In this document: positions 51,595-64,000 of the stretch, piece by piece | How the letters are laid out: each line of letters begins with the position of its first letter | Position numbering within the stretch: position 1 is the first letter of the stretch | DNA from: Phoronis australis | Lineage: Eukaryota; Animalia; Phoronida | Assembly (NCBI GenBank): GCA_002633005.1 | Contig: NMRA01000084.1 | Location: 17,171-81,170, forward strand | DNA: 64,000 nucleotides | Direction: 5' to 3' | Program-made: the position numbers and the translations under genes | The notes under the pieces: model-generated | Seen by the model: only the letters and a program-made list of their open reading frames with translations | What the model was told of the DNA's origin: nothing | The model's database searches: none

Positions 51595-53173
51595 TACAGT
51601 AGCAGTGACTTCGAACACAAATTTCATGGGATTCCTAATTTATCACTTTCTGTCCTCGACCATCAGCATCCAAGGAAAATAGAAAAACTTCCAGCCCTTC
51701 CCGGTGACCAATCGACGGCCCTGGAAAAGTGAGCGAGTGCTAAGCTGAAATCTGACGCATACTTCAGCGTCATCAACAGCGCCCCTCCCGCCCCCACCAA
51801 ATGGCATTGTTAGGCTACCCGAGCAACACAGTTCAGGCACTAAACATAGTGCCGGTCACGGAGCTATTAACGAAGCTACATGTATTCACCGACACAAAAC
51901 GCGGCTTGCGCACTCACCCACTTTCAGCAGTGCACAGTCCGTACGCCGTACTTACAGATGACCAAGCCGAATTAACAGGACAGTTTAAAGATGCTACGTC
52001 CTATTAAAACCGTGAATGTTCAAATTTGGAACAAGCGTCACCTAGTGACTTCCTGGAGAACTGTGTACAAGTATAATCTGGAAAACAAACAATTTGTAAA
52101 TAAATTGCGGTTTTAAAGAAAAACCATAATACATTTAAAACAACTGTGAACATATAAAAACCCCTAGTAATTCCAAATATTACGTAGTCCTTATTTGCTA
52201 GTGAAATAAAAAAAATAATAAAAACACTTTCTGAAAGGTTGTCTTTTCTGATGTTCTGGAATAATATTGTGAAAAGTGCCATAATTTTTCACATGAACTT
52301 ACATTGTAAATGGGTAGGTATCCTAATTTCCCTGTGGCACTCTGCATCCAAAACGATACCCTTAAAATGTCTCTATAGTCAAGTCCCTACAAGATCTTAG
52401 TGAGTACAGAATCTGAAGGCCGCCGACAGCTGAAGTCCGGCTACCAGGCCAACACTCCGCACGGTGACTTCAACGAAAGCATTCGTTCTGTAACTTCATT
52501 TTGTCGTCACTTTGGACAATATTCAGCATCATTTTGCGTCTCTGGTAGTGCAAATTCTAGGTATTTGCACACACTTTTCGCCCACTGTTCTTAAGACGAC
52601 TCGAGAATCCCTAGGAATCCCCCAAAGCATCGTCTTTACCCCAGTGAAACGAGGCACAGTTTTTATTATTTGTTTATTTCACTATCAAAAAACAATTGCG
52701 TAATAGTAGAATTAGCAAGATTTTTCATATTTCACACTTGCTTTAAGTGTGTCCGTTATGGTGTTTTCTTTAAAGCTGAAATTTATTATTTATTGTTACA
52801 TGTACACACAGTTTTCCAGGAAGTCACTAGGTGGCACTTGCTACAAATTTGACTATTGGTGGTTTTAATGAGACATAGCATCTTTAACATATGTATTCCT
52901 GGGACGGGGAGGGAGGTTACTGCCAAAGAAGAGGCTTGGAGGAACGTATCACCAAGAATGATGACTTTTCCCGACCAGTTTCCCATGAAGTGTGCCTTTC
53001 TTGACAAACTTCGCCAGCTAGGGCGGATGCCTTTACGGACAAAAATACCCTACAAAACTGTCAATTAGCGAGTTTGTAACTCTATAAATGGGCCTCTTTT
53101 CGGTTACCATATTCAACAGAAAGCTTTTAAATATTCACATTCAGACCAACATAAATACCTTAGATGTTTATGG

Positions 53174-53321
53174 CAGTGGCAGATTTAGAGGGGGGCCAAG
53201 GGGGCCATGGCCCCCTCCAAAATTCTCCCAAATTCCATTTGGCAGTTCAGGAGTGCGAATGTCAAAATCCTGACCAATACTCTGTCCTGTTCCTCAACTC
53301 AAAATCCTGGATCCGCCCCTG
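53174..53321. mobile_element. MITE, CAGTGGCGGAT family, 5-bp TSD TATGG
   Basis: tatgg|cagtggcagattt...ggatccgcccctg|tatgg. Confidence 0.8.
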
Positions 53322-54499
53322 TATGGTATCTGTCTTTTTTGAAAATCGAGTAGGTGGTATGGTAGGCCTATTTTTGAATTTGTCACGAATTTAAAACAGA
53401 AAATCCGCTGGAGACGAGCAAAAACAATTCGTTGAGCAAATCATGGCCTTTCAACTTACAAACCTTGCTTGGGTGACTTTATGCAGTTTTTAAGTAATCA
53501 ACGCGAGTCATTGGCTAAAATTGATGCAGGCAGCTTTATCAGTCGGAGAGTCGAGTTTTATCTGTTAAAGATTCCCTACAAAAACAATAGATTTGTGGAA
53601 CTCACTCCTCCAAAAGAGTTTGGAAATGAACCCTACAGAAGAGTAACTTTTTAGCGGAAGCTCCCTACGAAGGTTTAACTATTCTAGCTTCCCAGTAGGC
53701 AGCACGTATATGTAGTCTCTCGGTTGGCTGCGTGGCATTCAGGGCGATGTAATATATTGGCTTGCTCTTTCCAGCTGCATTCTCCGGTGAAAGTCGAATA
53801 CCCTCCGGCTCCAGGGAACGTGTATGTGTTCACAACTAACTGAGGACTTGTGTTCAGAAAGGGTGAGCAGTGGTGTTCGGCGGGTAACCTGAACATCACG
53901 AAAACTTCTGAACCCGTCGACTTTTTATTTAATCCACTTACCAGAGTGAGGTCTCAAATTGTTCGTTTGACAAATCTAACGTCACTTCAGTGCACCGTAA
54001 GAACGGACGTGCACCATAAGAACTGGCGTAACATGTGGAACACGTATATGTCAGAAATGGCTGGATTCACACGAAACTTTCAGATACCACACGTATGTTT
54101 AATTCTCTGTTCTACAAAAATCTCTTCTAGTTTACAAGAGCGATATCAAACGTAGGAATCAAAAGTTGCAAAAAATGAAAACGAAATGGTTATACAGGAA
54201 ACAGTAACAGCATTTTTAAGACTACCCCTTGACCATCGATATCCAACAATGTTTGTAACTGACAACGTTCTTTTGCTATGAATGTGCGTTTCGTTTTGCT
54301 AGAATTTACTGAAAAGACATACCCACCTAACCCAATTAAAGGGAGATTGGTTTAACGTCAAAATTCAATTTCTACAAATATTTTGCTTTCAGAAAATATA
54401 CGCTTATACTTGGATAAAACCTATGCTTTTCACAGATATTTGGTTAAATACATAGAATAGTCGATATATGATAAAGAAAAAGTGCAATGTCCTACACGA

Positions 54500-55320
54500 C
54501 CTGAAACGAATTTGGTTTACCAACCGCTTCTCCAGGCGCCCCACTCGAACATACGTTGGTGAAAGCCAGGTTTACAGCGACCCAACCCGTGGAAGACTCA
54601 TCTTTCGTTAACCATTACCAGAAATCAACGAACGTTGTGTACTTATAGTTCCTAGACAATCCCAGCAGGAAGCCCAACTGACCACTTCGTATCCCGACCA
54701 CTTGAATGAAGTGTGCTCGTGGTACACCAATAGGCTGGGCTGATTATAAAAATATTCGAAGGCTTATACCCAGTTGGAGTACATGACTAGTCACAAACTT
54801 GGAAGTTGGAACAACAGCGAAATTCTAACCCAAGTCTACACCGGTCAACTGGTCGGACAACACACCAGCCAAAGCCAGATTCCGACAGACGCATGTCTTA
54901 CCAAATGAACCTTACCAGAAGACATGGCTTTACCATCAAGCTAGCAAAGGAACAAGAAGAGATTCCGCTACACAGTGGCAGGTAGACTCACCGTTAAGAA
55001 AATATTCAACATATTCATAACCTACCTAGGGCACTGGTTGAACGACAGTAGCTCTTGTTTACTCAACCGCCCTTGACAATAAGCGAGCGGTCACAATGAT
55101 TTCGTGTATTGGCCTCCAACTCCCAAGCGCTACCTCAGGCTAAGGATACGGGATTCGACAATCTCATTCAGGAATCGCACACCGACAGTCTGCGGGCGAC
55201 CGTGTCGAAATCAAGGACGTCCCCCCTACAACCATTTGGGGAAAGATATCTTACCCTAGGGATATGGAACGGAAACAGTGACACCTGTGCCATAATGCAC
55301 CATTCTTACGCTAGGTGACA
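54500..55320 (+). pseudogene. Very degraded LTR-retrotransposon (Gypsy-like) pol fragments
   Basis: Scattered LIVPR, GFTIKLAK, TYLGH, LASNSQAL and GDRVEI peptides; no continuous frame. Confidence 0.3.
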
Positions 55321-55559
55321 CAGAATAGGTTTTCGAGCCATGGTTGAATTTACCTGTCCCTATTTCATTAAAAATTTACGCCAGCTGTGTGTTGTTACGT
55401 TTTGTGGAGCATGAATGACATTTGCTTGGTGTTTGAGTCTATACTGAGTGACAGATTCCTAGTTTGTGACTTTTTACAGACTTTTTTGTTCAGTCGTGGC
55501 TTTTTCTAACGTTAATGCTTGCAGTCAGACACTTTGAATTTGTCAAAAAATCTCGATGT

Positions 55560-56010
55560 TCAACACACAGGTTTCACCCCATTTCTGGAGAATTTTGGCA
55601 GTCTAAACGCATTGTCTCTCAATTTCGGCATACTTATCCAATTCAAGCCAATGGTGAATTTGAGGGAAAACGAATGTCTTCGGAAGTAGCCAGCGCACTC
55701 GCGGTAGTCGAAAAAGATGGAAAATGACTTTGGAATCAGTTTCTATAGACTTTGTGCAAGGTTTTCGAAGGCATTGGCCCATTAATTTCAGGTTTTGTAC
55801 AACCTGTGGGATAGACTTGCAGCTGATACCAGAACTGGTTTTTCACTAGCCCAAAATCATCAGAAACTGTTAATCGGTGCCACGCCGCCAGGAGGCACTG
55901 TGTAATTTCAGTGTAACCTGCCTGGCAGAGCCCACCATACTGAGATATAAAAACAATGGGCAAGTACGAATGTTTATGTTTATTGTGCACACGGTAACTG
56001 GTCTTCCGAC
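55560..56010 (-). pseudogene. Possible old L1/Tx1-like ORF2 C-terminal fragment
   Basis: QYGGL...LLAAW...NQFWY...SKTLHKVY, then WISMPKLRDNAFRL. Weak motif resemblance only. Confidence 0.3.
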
Positions 56011-56090
56011 CCACCTGTGTCTGGGTTGGTCGCAGCGCCCTCATGTGAGCGAAATCATAAAGGATATGTTATTCAATCAGTAATTCCTTG

Positions 56091-56265
56091 CAGTGGCAGA
56101 TCTACGATTTCAGTAAGGGGGGGGGGGGGNCGTGTAAGATCTTTTGGGATTTTTAGTAGCTAATTTCGTTTTTCTGGCGTTTTTTTTTCCAGTTTTTATT
56201 TTTGATCCTGTCCCGAGGGGGGGTTTAAACCCCCTGAAACCCCCCCCCCTGTAGATCCGCCTCTG
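56091..56265. mobile_element. MITE, CAGTGGCGGATCTAC family
   Basis: cagtggcagatctac ... gtagatccgcctctg; shares ends with 21271-22496 in opposite orientation. Confidence 0.75.
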
Positions 56266-59200
56266 CTTGTCGGAAAATGTCATGGCCATGCGATCGGTGT
56301 TATAAATATTTAGAATTGCGGAAAATCAGCTGTAGCTGAGAAATCCAATTGATATTCATACCACAAAGAGAATCTATTTGATGATCGAAATCAATTTACA
56401 TAAGTGACGGATGCCCGCAGGTGGTCGTTTGTAAGAGATGCATTTTCATTTATCAGTTCGTGTCCTGTGTGATCTGTGCAAACGAAGTGAATTTTTGCCG
56501 AGCGATTCCTTCCATCTTGTAGCACATTCTGTCGGAACTATGACTTTTGAGCCACCAAATCGGGAAATCACAACCCAGCCATTAGGCCTTAAAACTGTGA
56601 GGTAGATAGCAAAACATCAAATTATTGGGCCGACAAGATTCTAAGAATATCCGATTATTAGTTGAAGAGCTAGCGAATTAACCAAAACGATTTACTTACC
56701 CGTCTTACCGGGTGCTACAAAATCTACCTTCCTGGGTGGAGAATTTTAGTGATTTACCACACGCGCTGTTACGACTGTATGCTTGAACTATTAGCAGGCG
56801 CTCGCTGATGAGATCGGTATGAGAACTAGAACAATTATTTCTATCAATACTCGACACGTTTCATGAGGCCACCGTATGACAAACTCACACAACAGGGAGT
56901 ATCACATCATTTATTTGCCACACTGAATTATTTAACAACAGACTTAGTCGTAACGCCAGCCAAAGCTTAGAACTGTCTAGTTTTTAATGTTACACGTTAG
57001 AAGCGACACCACTGATCTGCTCTAGTCATAAACAACATGTGACCAGCATGTCCAGAAAAAAAGTCTACTGTCGTTTCGTAACATTATCAAGGTGCCACTA
57101 TTTTGCTTACAGAAAGAACAATTGACTATTTTAGGGTTTCCACAATAAAATTTATGCAAAAGCGGGAAAATCGCCATGTTGCTGCATAACGTCGAATAAG
57201 ATCAATTATAACCTGCAGGTGGAAAACCAAATGAGATCATATAAACCTCAAGGGGATTCCCGCTGCGCATTAACTATGGGTAACAGGTGAGCTCCAGGGC
57301 AGAGGTGTCAGCAACGCCAGGCACTAAAAAGCAAAACTTCGCGAGATCACGTGATATATTACCGTCTTTTAAATGGCTAGATTTTAGCTAGGTCTTAGGA
57401 GAACGTGTGATATTGGCTAGATTTCCTCGCAGATAGACAGATAGTGAACTCTACTCGGAACTTCAAGAGAAAAAAAAACGCTTTGTTTCTTCTCTCGCTA
57501 AAGGGCTATTTGACATCCTTCTTATCCCGCCACTAGGGCGAGCGGCCGAGCTTACGGAGCGCTATGCAACTCGACTGCAACTAATACAGCTATAATAGCA
57601 CACGACTGCGGCAGGGAACTTGCGAGTATTTAGCCACGCAAGTTGGCGAGGCGAACGTCATGGTGACTTCCGTCTACCTATATCACACTGAGCTTGCTGG
57701 CGCTAAGCTGATCTCCTTCGGCTGCCGATTGAAAATTAATCACAGCATCTTTTGACAACAAAAATCTCTGTCGTTGGCATTTTGTAATCATATGAACTTC
57801 ATTTACGCTGTTTACTACGACTATAATTAGCAGTCTGTTAGATTTGACTCAGCCGTACAGCGTTTGGCGGCTGCTGAGAAGTTAGCGCCGGGATTCTATT
57901 CCAGACTATTGATATTTTTTTTAAATTCATTTATTTCTCCGAATCACCAGACCACACCATACTAGCTTTCTTGAGCGTGCCCTCTATCGGATGAACGCAA
58001 CCAGAAACCCATTTCGCTGTTTGATTTTGGTCTTTTAGTTCACAACCACATACGAGGGGAATAAAAGTGGTCGTACTCCCTGTTCATTACAAGACACGTA
58101 TATGATATTATGATTTCCAAGTGTTATCCATCTTGGCCATGCCAGTGCAAACAACCTTGTCCTTCGCCTCTCACGGCCCGCTCGCCGTAATTTTTCATTA
58201 TGTCTACTTTGTCGTTTTTCATCTATAAATATAACCTTTCAAATATTTTCCGCTTTCGTTGCGTCCTTATTAGTTTTTTCAATGTTTATTCCGAAAAATA
58301 AAATGCACCATGATTGAACTTAAACCAAGAAAATGCTAAAATGCACTGGAAAGCATTTTATTTCGGCATTATATGCGTCTTTTGTTATTTATAGCTTTGT
58401 AAGGTGTCATTTTCAATAAAAGGATTTTCTGACAAAATTAAAATTTTCATAATGTTGTGAACTGAATGGCAGGTGTGGTGTCTCAAAGGAGACTGCAAGA
58501 TGGTTACGTTTTATTAAATTATTCAGCAACCTGACTGAGTTAAGCGTCCAGATCAAACGTGTCTGGACAAACATTGGCTGTGAACTTGGTGACCCCACTG
58601 AGCACAACAACGTGATAAAATAGAAGGTTGTTCAAGCCCACCTTTAGGTCTCCTAACTTGGGGACGTGCTGCATGAACCAGTGGCGAACTAAAGCCTCCC
58701 GCTTTTCTTTATTTTGCGTGTGTCAAACAATCAGCTGGCATTACAAACTCCGTTGGGTTTGCTTTGGGGTTATCTGTCTTTATGCACATTTGACAGGTGG
58801 TCGATAAAATATTTTTGCGTCAACTTTGAAGCGACGGACCTTTTGATTGAACAGATCTCCTAGACGCCTGCAGCTGACGGTAATTTTCAACTACGTAAAG
58901 AGGAATATATTTAGTGAAATTAAAGATCGTCATATTGCGACTCTGATCTGGCTACCAATTCTGTTCCGACTCCTGATTGTTTTGTCTCTCCCACTCCCAT
59001 CCACGTCACCACCGATTTCGCGTTCTCTTCCCATCCGGGTATCGCCAAGTTTTTGTCGCAGCCGGTCGTTTGTGACACCCTCTCTCTTCGGTGCCGCCCG
59101 TTATCGGGGTGCCGCGGGACGTCAACCCCTTTACCCCCCACCTAAACTCATTCGTTGGATTATTCAACTGTTCGTGCAAAGCCGAAATCTATATTTCACT

Positions 59201-59818
59201 TAACAGGTGTACATGTAAATACATGGTCTGCGTTAGAGCGCGCAACGCTGTGATGCCTTATATCTGGTTTAACTTAGTCACGTATCAAACGAAATTGCAT
59301 TCTTGTGTCTCAGGTTTCTTGTACAATTTTTTAACCTGTCCTCTTTAGTCTGTTGATTGCTAATCACGATCTTCATTTTCATGTATTCTCTATTATTTCA
59401 GCCATTAGGCACTTTTCTGTCTCTAACATCGGTGTGCGGATCTTACCTGCTTTAACGTTCTGTCATTGTCTACACGTTTTTGCAGTACTGGTCAGATCAC
59501 GAATGGCGACATCGGATATCCGAGTGCCATGTGTGAAAAGTGATATTCAGACGGCTGACCTGTGAACATCACCGTGTAACGGAAGTTTTGACAATTAGAG
59601 GACAGAAGTATTCAATTGTCATGTAACAATATCTCTCATGCCTACACACAATATCCCTATACCACCTTCAATAGCACTTGGCTCGCGATAAGCTGTTTGT
59701 TGGGTTTGCAAGTAAATAAGGTTACCTAGAAAGTGTCGCCCCCCGCGTTATGTGCGAGGGGGGCACATGTTACTCTTCTCAGATATGACAACCAGTGAGC
59801 TTGGGTAAGATTCAAGTC

Positions 59819-59994
59819 AAATTATTCACAATGATAAATTGGATCTTGAGAGATTCCAGGCAAGGTGGTCTTTTTTGCCTAACTAGCTTTTGTAGGGTCT
59901 GATAATGTTTCGTCAATTGTTTGATGTACACTAAACTAGATGTCATATTGTCACACAACTATGTACTGGTTGGTTGAGTTAATAAATATCTCTG

Positions 59995-60025
<31 letters not shown>
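59819..60025 (+). mobile_element. 5'-truncated poly(A) retroposition (L1/Tx1-like 3' end) with 12-bp TSD
   Basis: aagattcaagtc at 59807-59818 and 60026-60037. AATAAA at 59981 followed by ~33 A. Encodes ...IIHNDKLDLERFQARWSFLPN*. Confidence 0.85.
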
Positions 60026-60029
<4 letters not shown>

Positions 60030-60883
60030 TTCAAGTCGTCACCCCATTACGACCAGATGGATATGATAAGTTATTTCTAGAAATATTTAATTTGAATAAT
60101 CAACTATGTCGTATTTATCAAAAACCATGGTTTGCTTTACACAATGTTTTGTTTACCTAACACAAAAATGTTATTCATAAAAGATTATTTTTATACAATA
60201 TACGATATATGTGATGTTTTGTTGCAAGATAGCGCATTGGCTGGACATCTAAAACGAGGGGTCCAGATGATGGCACATGCGCAGTTCGTGACTGATGTTG
60301 ACAGATGTTCTCTCTTATTCTTTTCAACTTTAGTGTTACTATAATGGTCGTGCGAAACAGACTCTAACTTTTAGACTGCCCTGTTGATCTAAACTCTTTA
60401 AAACCTGTTGTAACTGTAACGCGATATAACCCTTTGCGAGAGTAGTTTAGCAAGAGGTTATAACTGCTGTAACTCGGTGTGAGTGCGGCACTTGCAAAAG
60501 TTATAACTCAGTAAGTGGCGCTGCTATCGAATCTGACTGGAAACAATGGCGCACCGAGGCGCTAACGGTGGCACAGCCAGACTTGGGGGCAGCCTTGAAG
60601 TAGGCGTTGCATGTAGACTCAAAGAACCTGGTTTGCTTATATTTTTGTGAACTTGTTGAAAATGAAACAGGCCAATCTTCTTCAAGATGGCGCCATCCTG
60701 TTGCATTTGAGCACTGCTGAGTAGCGACTGAGAAATCTGGTCCAATTTCAGGTAGCCATCAAAAAGTAAGAAATGCAAAACAAAGTTGTTAATTGACAGC
60801 ACTTTTTGATCTCATTTTTGAGATCAGTGGGGAATTTTCTTTCAGAACCAAAATTGTTGGTTTATGTCGCGCATCGGCAGGGA

Positions 60884-62235
60884 AGTGGTGGTTTGGAGGT
60901 GAAAGGGAATTTTGTGTTTTTTTGCCACTTTTTCTCTTAGCCTTCCGTGAATTTCAGTAGGAGTGAAAAGTTCATAAAATACAAGACATAAAGTTTCTGA
61001 TGTGAAATGACTCGAAACTTTTCATACTTTGCACCCGGTTTGAGACAGCGTGAAGAAAATGTGACAAGTCCGTTGATGTGTATCGAGGCAAAACGTAAAA
61101 AAAATATTCTGTGTTCCCTTTAGACTTGACGGAAATCACGAACAAGTGTGACATTAGTTTCTCCTCGAGCAGAGGTTGGCTGTAGTACTAAATTTAGAAG
61201 CAAGTATGGCGCCCGAGGCCCGGCTTGTAGGCACAGAATTTCGCAAACATATTGATCATTCCGAGGCGCTCATTTATACAGGGAAATGAATTACTCGGCG
61301 TGTACTAGAGCAGACTCACAATACTGTTGTTCTGTAGCTTTTACCTTATTCTTGCCTTGGAACCTTTTAAAATTTTGATAATTCATGCGCGCACCCAGCC
61401 TTCAATATGGGGGGGGGGCTCGAATTCCTGACGATGTGGACCTTTTGGTAACAAAAAAGCGCCACCGTGAATTGCGCGTTTGTGCTTCTTCAGTGGACTT
61501 TTGTCTCGTTTCTCAGAAGCGGACCTTTTTGCCCACTTCGCCAAATGGGGGCCGGGGGCTNAGTGGTGGTTTGGAGGTGAAAGGGAATTTTGTGTTTTTT
61601 TGCCACTTTTTCTCTTAGCCTTCCGTGATTTTCAGTAGGAGTGAAAAGGTCATAAAATACAAGACATAAAGTTTCTGATGTGAAATGACTCGAAACTTTT
61701 CATACTTTGCACCCGGTTTGAGACAGCGTGAAGAAAATGTGACAAGTCCGTTGATGTGTATCGAGGCAAAACGCAAAAAGATATTCTGTGTTCCGTTTAG
61801 ACTTGACGGAAATCACGAACAAGTGTGACATTAGTTTCGCCCCGAGCAGAGGTTGGCTGTAGTACTAAATTTAGAAGCAAGTATGGCGCCCGAGGCCCGG
61901 CTTGTAGGCACAGAATTTCGCAAACATATTGATCATTCCGAGGCGCTCATTTATACAGGGAAATGAATTATTCGGCGTGTACTAGAGCAGACTCACAATA
62001 CTGTTGTTCTGCAGCTTTTACCTTATTCTTGCCTTGGAACCTTTTAAAATTTTGATAATTCATGCGCGCACCCAGCCTTCAATATGGGGGGGGCTCGAAT
62101 TCCTGACGATGTGGACCTTTTGGTAACAAAAAAGCGCCACCGTGAATTGCGCGTTTGTGCTTCTTCAGTGGACTTTTGTCTCGTTTCTCAGAAGCGGACC
62201 TTTTTGCCCACTTCGCCAAATGGGGGCCGGGGGCT
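60884..62235. other. ~677-bp duplication across a single N (61561); likely contig-overlap artefact; each copy ends in a CATGCGCGCACCCAG MITE
   Basis: 60884-61560 and 61562-62235 differ by only a few SNPs. Confidence 0.8.
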
Positions 62236-64000
62236 CGTTCGATGATTCGGTTGTACAATATTCTAGGGATGGATGATTACAATAAGTTTATGCTGTATTT
62301 TCACTAAGAGGGTCAGCATCATTTTGCCAATTCAGCGTCATGTTTGCTAAATTCATCACTTGTCTTTTAAATAACCCATTTTGTAATTCGTAGATATTTT
62401 CGTGGATGATCCAAAGACCCGTATGTGAAGTCACCAGCACCGGAAGAGCTCAATTATTGGAACAATGATCATATATTTTTGAAAATGCTGTTTTTCCTAC
62501 ATATTTAGAGGCACTCTTTTCAACATCCGTGCACACACGACAACTAGAGACATTACTTTTCAGTCCAACCATCCATTTAAATTTTATAGGTTAAACCTCA
62601 CTGAATTCGAAAACAAATTTTGAGCTGGAGTCTGCTAAATTAGCCGGGTATGTGATCAGTTCATGTAAATAAGTTTCTTCCATGAACGTTGTGGTTAAAG
62701 GCCCGGTATTCAGTTCTGCAACGTAGAAGTACGCATCACCGGTAAAAATGTACATCAAATAGCTATTACCAACTACAAGCTACCTTGTTAGTATTTCAAA
62801 CGTTTCAAATTTCATTTCCACGAAATCCTTTTCTACAGCGACAGCATTCCGGTCTTTTTCGAAGCGGAAAAAGTTTCTCAACCCTACGCTCATTTCTATA
62901 CCCGTACCATTTGCGTAGATGTACTACTTTTATAGTTTTAATATGTATTTTTTCTTTGAAGCACAGCACTGCGACACTGTTGTTTTCACACAGGTGTGGT
63001 TTTCATGCTGATGGCAATTCAAATTTTCCATTCAATATTTGGGACGCTGGATACTTTTTTAAAAGGAGCGTTCAAACGAACATGATCTGGGACTGGCAGT
63101 GGTGGCCCAGGGTATGATTTGCTTATCATTAGGTTAACATCGTGATTTAAGTACAGCTGACGCGACTTACCCCCGGGACAAAATACATGTTACCAGGCCG
63201 GGGTGTAGACATTTTGTTCCATGGCGGCCTCACTCCAAACCTAACTTTCCCAGACCAACAAACCCAGATTACTAGCTGTGCCCCAGGGACCAGACTGCAG
63301 CCTCACGAATCATGGGCACGGCTGTGGAATCTAATATACCGGGTATGAAGTATTCTTACCAAGTATGAAGAGTTCTGGATCGCCGGTTTGATGTTTGCTG
63401 GTCCGGGCCTGTGATTTAGAGTTGGAATTTTAATGCCATCGCCTGATTAAATTTTGTTTGAAAACATCCGTCTTATGCATGACATATACAATCATGGCCT
63501 ACAATGGAGTCACCAAATACATGTACAATGGTCTGTCTTGCTGCTGTTGTTTGAAATAATACTGGCTTACCGCCTTTGAAGTTCCTGCCAATTAAAGCGT
63601 TCCTTATATAACATGTTTATAGTCAACGGCCCACTACGTTGCTATTAAACGGTCTCATAGTAGAAACATAAGCCTTTATGATGCGGATCGGTTCAGAAAT
63701 TTGTTTGTTTATTGCATTATAATATAATGGCTTCACTACCGAGTCACTGATTGGTCAACAATTCGCAAGGTCAGATGTCAACCCACTGGAGGACGGATAC
63801 CAAATATTTACTGGTTGAAGTCCATAGATCTGGCATGTTAAAGTTAGTTTATTAAAGACCGGCTGTTTTTGGATATAGAAGTTTTATACATTTAAAGGCT
63901 TGGAGACAATTTATCTGGAAAACATCACCCCGAGAAAGGTAAGCCCACGAGCCAGATGCTGTCGAGACATGCAGCTGTAAACTCCGATCTACATTGTAAA

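Overview
AT-rich, intron-containing animal DNA from a draft assembly (N gaps). A lophotrochozoan/mollusc-like invertebrate is my inference. Host genes: (1) a + strand LASP1-like gene (LIM, nebulin repeats, SH3), reconstructed by hand from five in-phase exons between 1542 and 11505; exon 1 was not found and probably lies upstream of the window. (2) Two paralogous GT31 beta-1,3-galactosyltransferase-like genes on the - strand (17549-18910, 33020-34384), each with a single coding exon. The rest is mostly decayed transposons: an internally deleted Kolobok element with convergent THAP-transposase and KolX (P2X7-ballast-like) remnants, a piggyBac carrying a 68-bp perfect hairpin insertion, a Gypsy element nested in a BEL/Pao element, an AcademH-like element (DUF6589-like plus RecQ-like remnants), LINE fragments and MITEs with 5-bp TSDs. 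The structure least explained by these features is a ~2.65-kb inverted duplication (44510-47158) with a near-identical core, splice donors conserved in both arms and Academ-type ends at both outer edges. I see no prokaryotic-type system (no CRISPR, rRNA or intact tRNA). Three tandem duplications across single Ns look like assembly artefacts. All family assignments come from manual motif recognition, not database searches.
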